DNA of 64,000 bases, taken from assembly GCF_009914755.1 (NCBI RefSeq), contig NC_060930.1. One strand, given 5' to 3'. Shown one piece after another: positions 57,888 through 64,000 of the stretch. Within the stretch, counting starts at the first letter, position 1. Each line of letters begins with the position of its first letter. The notes under the pieces were generated by a model that was not told where the DNA came from, ran no database searches, and saw only the letters and a program-made list of their open reading frames with translations. A program made the position numbers and the translations under genes. This DNA is from the human T2T-CHM13v2.0 reference genome, Homo sapiens.

Positions 57888-58479
57888 TATCTTTTCTGTT
57901 TGTAAATGTTTTGCAAAGCTGGTAAATTGGACATTTTATATATTGATTCAGAAGTATATATTACATGCAGATGCATATTAGCATTCAGACAAACTGCTTA
58001 TACACATATATTATGCATGCATTTCAAAGTGGTATATATAATTATATAACGCGTCTGAGAAATCTTTCCTCAAAGGAATTTCAACAATTCTTATTCACAG
58101 AACCGTAATTACTTTAAAGGAACTACAATTAATATTAATAATGTATGTTGGAAAACTCCAGGATTGTGGGCACATTAAGAGACAAACATCAGCCTGAAAA
58201 AGTACAATTGACAAAAAGTAAAAGATAAAGTTTAACTGTTGTCTAAATGTGCCCTTATTCCATAAATCATAGACTTTCAACACATCTTATGGAAGTGCAA
58301 ATTCTTCAAAAATAAGCGCCGATATCTTTAAATATAAATAAACTCTCTGAGCCACTTATAACAATTGGATACAGCTATCATATTTAAGTATTTCCCTATA
58401 TTCAAAAAATAGTGAGATAAGTAAACAAGATTCACTTAATTCAAAAACAAGCAAGGAAAATTATGAATTATTACTCTTT

Positions 58480-59965
58480 AAAATCTTTCCACCTGTGCCA
58501 ACTTTCTCCATCTTTTCACAACAGATAAGCTTATTTTAAGATTGGTTTATATTAAACATCTTCATTACCTTATCCCATTCACTTGACAATCTACACAATC
58601 TAACTTTGTCCATTAACATTCCACTGGAATCACTTGAATTAGTGACCTCCTAATACCCTAATCCATGGTCTCTTGTCAATCAACATTTCCCTTATTTAAC
58701 CTTTCTGAAGTACCTGTACTGCTTGCTAGTCCTTTAGTTCAAGAAGTCCTGGTCTGTGTGCTACCGCTGGGTCCTTTTTTTATCTTTTTACCTGCTTATT
58801 CTCTGCTTCCTGCTTAGTCTGGAGAACTGGAGAACCAGCAAAACTCACCCAACGATTGGAACAATGAATATGTTCTTCCAGTGTCATAACTGTAAGGCCT
58901 GAGAAATGTAAAATTTGGGTAATAATCAGGAGTCAAATATGACCACATAAAGAAGCAAATTTTTGGCAGGAGAAAAAGTACAATTTTACAATGAAAGACA
59001 TCATATTGAGTTATTGTTCTTAAAAAATTCATTTTGGAAAATAAATTTTTAAAAAAATGTTTAAAAAATGGTACAGTCTCTTTGTAGTATCAAATAAGAA
59101 AGCCAGCAATTACGCAAAAGTGTGAATAAGCTGTTGGACAAAATTTTGGATTTTATGCTATGGAGCAATGGGGCATGATATTGATTTTCCCAAAATTTAT
59201 GCTGCCAATCTTTTTAAAAATCTTCTTAAGCACTTTAGAATACAAGTTTATGGATATCCATAGTTTCAATAGAGCAATACACTAGTGAATACTAAACATA
59301 CATCATTAGTCTAGACTTCGGCTCCAGAGCCATACATTCAATTACCTTTTGCACTTGTCTCCTTTGATATTCCAAGGCATCTTAAAATGAATATGCCTGA
59401 CTAAACTCCACAAAGTGTCATTTCCCTACACACATTTATTCAAAAACTTAGTACTTAAACCTTGACTATAAATAAAAACACATTAGAATAACATGTAAGT
59501 ACCCTTTATGTCCAATTCCCACCTACGTTTTAGTTTCATACCCCAACACTCAGAGACCAGCTACTTTGTATTCTGAATCTATCACATTTTCACTCTTTTC
59601 TGAGATTTTCCTGATTTCATTTCCTACTTGCACGTCCATTCCTCACCTATGTAGTCTGGACTTTTTCAAGTTTCAGATTTTCTCCATCATAGTTTCAGCT
59701 ATCCTATAATTTAGCTTTTCTCCGGATTAGGTATTCTCTAGAAAATCTCCCTTGATTCTTCACCTAATGCATTCAATCCAGATGGATTTGGGCAGGTTCT
59801 CACAGACTATAAATGATTAATTGATAGAGCAGCTCTTCACTGATTTTAAAATTGCTCATTTACTATTAGACTTTAAACATAGTCTGTAAACCCCTTGGAG
59901 AAAGAGATTGTGCATTCCTCTTATTTATTCTAGTACCGTGTATAATACTCAAAATATTATAAATA
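58480..59965 (+). mobile_element. Scattered L2 relics
   Basis: gtgacctcctaat...atccatggtc; aaggcatcttaaaatgaatatg; agtctgtaaaccccttggagaaagagattgtg (L2 3' motifs). Confidence 0.4.
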
Positions 59966-60398
59966 AAGATATGAATTCTCTAATACTTAGAATTTAAGAC
60001 AAAGTGTCAAATCAGATTTTCAAAATAAAAGTAAAGCAGAAAATGAATTGATAAAATTATAAAATCTAAGACCTGACAAAATGCAATAGAGATTCAAGGA
60101 AACTATATGAGAGGGGAAAGGAATGAACAAAGGAATCAGCTGGGCAGAGCGTTGGTGACTTGGGAAGAGAAGAGTGGAATCCACAGTGACTAAACCAGAG
60201 AAAACCAGTGAATCAGAGAAACTGACAATAGCCATTCTGACAACAGAAAAACAATAGATCTAAAGCATAATTTTATTACTATTTGTGTAGATATGGAGAT
60301 TCATACAAACTATCCTATCCTGTATTCCTGCAATTTCTAATATAAGCAAAAGTGGAGTCATTTTTACAGCCAGTAACAGCCAGCACTGGGGCAGAGAG

Positions 60399-60800
60399 TG
60401 CTATGAATATTGTATCCCACAAATTCTTGTTAAAGCCCTAGCCCACAACATGATGCTATTTGGAGGTGGGGTCTTTGGAAGGTAATATGAGTTAAATAAG
60501 GTCATGATGGAATTAACATCCCTGTAAGAGGTGAAAGAAGGACCAAAATTCACTCATGCTCACTCTTTCCATGTGAGAACACAGTGACATGTGTTCTCTG
60601 CTATCTCCATGTGAGAGCACAGTGACATGTGCTCTCTGCACGTGGCTATCTGCAAACCAGGAAGAGGGCCCTTTCTGGGAACTGAATCTGCTGTCACCCT
60701 GCTCTTGAACTTCCCAGCCTCCTGAACTGTGAAACTGAATTTCTATTCTTTAAACTAACCAGCCTATGGTATGTTGTTATAAAAGCCTGAGATGATGGAT
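60399..60800 (+). mobile_element. MaLR solo LTR (MLT1A-like)
   Basis: tgctatg...atttggaggtggggtctttggaaggtaat...ctgcaaaccaggaagagggccc...cttcccagcctcctgaactgtga...cagcctatggtat. Confidence 0.85.
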
Positions 60801-61864
60801 ATGAGAACTGCATACAGCATTATTGTGACAATCAAAGCCTTTGGCTCCAGAGTGGACCACCTTATGTTAGACATATACCCCAACCCATTGATTATGGAAG
60901 GAAAGGGAGAGCACGCTTGAGTAAAACCCATTTAAAATCCTTACAATTATAAGATTTAAATATATGTATTAGAAAACTATCCATGAAAACCTATCACATG
61001 CGGTTTCTGGCAGAGATGAGAACAAGACAAGTGTTTACCCTATGTGGAATAACATTTGCATAAATAATACAGGGTGATGAACATATAAATTTCCAAAAAT
61101 TTTTATTTGGTAGAGTTAGATTATTTCTATATGTATATCTCAATAAAAGCATCTTACAATAGATTGTATAAAAGGAACATGCAGAATGGCATAGCTGTCC
61201 TCATACAGAGGTCAGTGAATTTAATGTGCATAAGGGTCTTTACATGTTTATGGTTCAGGTTTTTGAGTTCATAAGGAAATATTGCAAGATTATCAGTGTT
61301 ATGTATTTATTTCTCTAGAGTCAGCTCATCTACACTTTGAGGATGCTATGAACAGGGAATTGAAAATGTAGATTTCAAGGCCTCATGATCCAATCTTTTA
61401 GGTTTTACCATAGGTGTAGTTGATTAAATCTAAAACAAACAATGTATAATGATGTAGTTTTAGGGCCCTAGGAACAAAGGGCTATCCATGTTTGTTAAAT
61501 ATCTAGGGGTACTTACTTGGCAGTTTGGGATAGGGCTGATAAAGGAAGTAGTTGGGATGGGGACTTAGCATACTGCCTGTGAAGTCGAATTGGGAGGTTT
61601 TAGCCATGTTATCAAAACTGGGTCAAAACAACACTTGTGAAATATTATGCTACTTGTGATACAAGGACTCAGTGCAAGATGTTTCCCCAGTTTCTGTTTT
61701 ACTGTAATAAATAGTGTGTGTCTCTAATTCAGAAGCATCATATTCTTCTGTTTGTATATGTATGTGAAAGTGTGATAGCCTAATGGGTTGACTTGCCACT
61801 AGGTGTGTCCATGATCTCTTTGCATGACACCTATTTCCTTATTTATAGAATGTCATCTACATAT

Positions 61865-62600
61865 TGTTCATTTATGCATTCATTCAAGAAATATATTTAT
61901 GTTAGATGCAATACACATTTTTATAACTTGATTTGTACGTGATCTTTGAGGAACTGGAAATAAGTTAAGTATAATATAATACATAAATATAATATGTAAA
62001 TATTGAAAATATGAAGTGCAGTCAAGTAAATACTGTATGAAAAGCAGAGGTTAAGTATTATTGGATGTTCACAATACAATTGTTATTTTTAGTTAGGATA
62101 AGGGATATTTAATGAATGAAATAGCACATGAATTGAGCCCTGAAAAAAATTATACATTTGTCAAAAGGAAGCAAGGGATTTTTAAGCTAAGGGAATAGGC
62201 ACAGAAAATTTGCAACGACATGCAGCTCTTTACCATGGAACATCTTGAAGTACATTCTGAATTACATGTCCAGAGCAGTGAGAAATAGCCTTTCAATGTA
62301 AATAGGATTCCAGATACCACTCTGAAAGTTGAATTTCTTTGAAAATTACTTATTAAAGGGCATTTAAATAAAATTACTGTATGGAGAAAATCCTGGATTT
62401 TGAAAAGCCTGTAAGGATGCTTTTGTAACAGTACGAGACTAATTTCAAAATGACTTAAAGAGAATAAATAGTAGAAATGGAAGAAATTGGTAGACATATT
62501 AAAAATGATAAGAGAAAAATGTGTAGAATTCAATGCCTTATGTGGCCGAATAGTATAGCAAGTAAAGTAAGCAATCACACATGATTCTAACACTGAAATA
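61865..62600 (-). mobile_element. L2 relic
   Basis: ttcatttatgcattcattcaagaaatatattt (L2 tail in antisense), tgaattgagccctgaaa. Confidence 0.5.
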
Positions 62601-62614
62601 AGAAGAACTTTGAT

Positions 62615-63177
62615 GGATACTATAGATTGGCTTACTCAACTTTCCTTCCAAACTCTTACTAGTATTCTTTCTCCACAGTAGCTCCCAGAAAGGTATAAAC
62701 TGCATATTCCAGCTTGTCCTATAGCTGAATTTCTAAATATTGTTTAGGTACTACTAATCAAATTTCTTCATATAAGACTTACACTCAGAACTGAATTAAG
62801 TAGAAAAAAAAAGTTAAATGCCTGGGTATCTATTTTCCTGGTATAGAAAGCAGCAGACACAATGCATTAACTACTCATTAAGCCATCCATGGCTGGCTGT
62901 GTGATGCTGTGGTTTCCTGCATCAGCAATGGTAACATTCATATCTTTTTGCTTAGCCAATATGGTCAAGTTTGTGCCTCATGTTTTAATGCAATGAGTAG
63001 TTATCACAATCTCAACAGAGGAAATGTAATTTAGGGGGAAGAGGGTTATTTTAGAAGCTTTGTCTAAAACCTACTATTTTAATACTTCCAATTATATTAT
63101 AAGAAAAGTAATGTCAGGAAAGAACTTATTTTCTACTAAAATTAGTTATTGTTTATAAAGGAAACTTAACCAATATA
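62615..63177 (+). mobile_element. ERVL LTR33/LTR41-like relic
   Basis: ttccaaactcttactagt...gaaaggtataaactgcatattccag...ctaatcaaat...tagaagctttgtctaaaa...aacttaaccaatata. Confidence 0.5.
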
Positions 63178-63889
63178 ATGATTAAGAGGATTTCGATTGC
63201 AATAAAAAAGAAGGAAGATTCTATAAGAATGAATGTTTAAAAGAGAGCAAAGACAAATTTGCAATTGTAGTATATGAAAATTTGTAAAAAGGTATAAAGA
63301 GACAAGAACTATTATTTGAATATAGAGATATAAAGGGAAATAAAAATTTGAGGAAAAAAACGCAGAAGTGATGTTGGCAATAGGGTTACATTAAAAAAAT
63401 AAAATTAAAGTAGAAGAGAGTAAAAAAAAACGATATAGGGAAAGAACAGAGACTACAGAGTACAGTTTATTATAATTATATCCCAGACCAAAAACTAAAT
63501 TGGTGACAGCTTACCATGTATATTACAATATGTATTATTAGTATTGGTTGATCAAATAGTAGTATCTTCAGTAACATTTTCATCTTCATTTTTCTGTAAG
63601 ATTAAGTTGTTGAAACAACCAAAGTAATAAGCACATGACACATTCTGGCTACACTAATCCCTTGAAAATGACTTTTCTTTATATTTGAAGAGACAAAGTG
63701 AATAAAGAGTGTTTCAATAAACATACACAACTTATGATTTTAAAAATGCTTCTATGTGGCTTTGGCTTGAATTATTGCTATTGCTTTTTTCTCAGATTAA
63801 TGATATAATTACTTTGAATAAATACAATTAAAGAACCATTATATAAATGAAATACCACATAGGCTACACACAAAAAAATTAATACTCAA

Positions 63890-64000
63890 TGTTCCTCTTT
63901 AAATTCTGTAATTAGTAATAGTTTGACCATGAGCTATCTAACCTCTCTAGGCTACAGCCATGTTTCTCAACTGTGAAATGAGGAGTTGTATAATACTAAC
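63890..64000 (+). mobile_element. MIR core fragment
   Basis: tgaccatgagctatctaacctctct...gtttctcaactgtgaaatgagga...ataatactaac. Confidence 0.6.

Noticed and set aside
62150-62593. 147-aa minus-strand ORF
   Set aside because: F/L/S-rich composition expected from AT-rich L2 relic sequence; no recognisable domain.

Overview
Primate (human or great-ape-like) nuclear DNA: very AT-rich, CpG-depleted, no CpG island, and no recognisable protein-coding exon, so it is a gene desert or deep intron. Roughly half is interspersed repeat. It holds a full-length but disabled L1PA7-like LINE (6965-13363, -), four truncated L1PA copies, two 5'-inverted (twin-primed) L1s, older L1M/L2/MIR relics and seven Alus. 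It also has MaLR/ERVL/ERVK solo LTRs (including MER11 nested in an MST LTR), DNA-transposon fossils (MER82, Charlie1, MER30, MER20, MER5A) and a 3'-truncated 5S rRNA retropseudogene. The ORFs in the supplied track with recognisable homology are L1 or Alu translations; the rest look like chance ORFs. I found no convincing novel multi-gene system. The best leads are structural or non-coding: a ~1 kb palindromic AT-rich repeat with a perfect 112-bp palindrome, several unexplained hairpins (one with an exact compensatory base-pair swap), and strong plus-strand splice signals that could outline a spliced lncRNA downstream of the L1 antisense promoter (inference only). Repeat subfamily names come from recalled consensus sequences, not from a RepeatMasker run; boundaries of old repeats are approximate.
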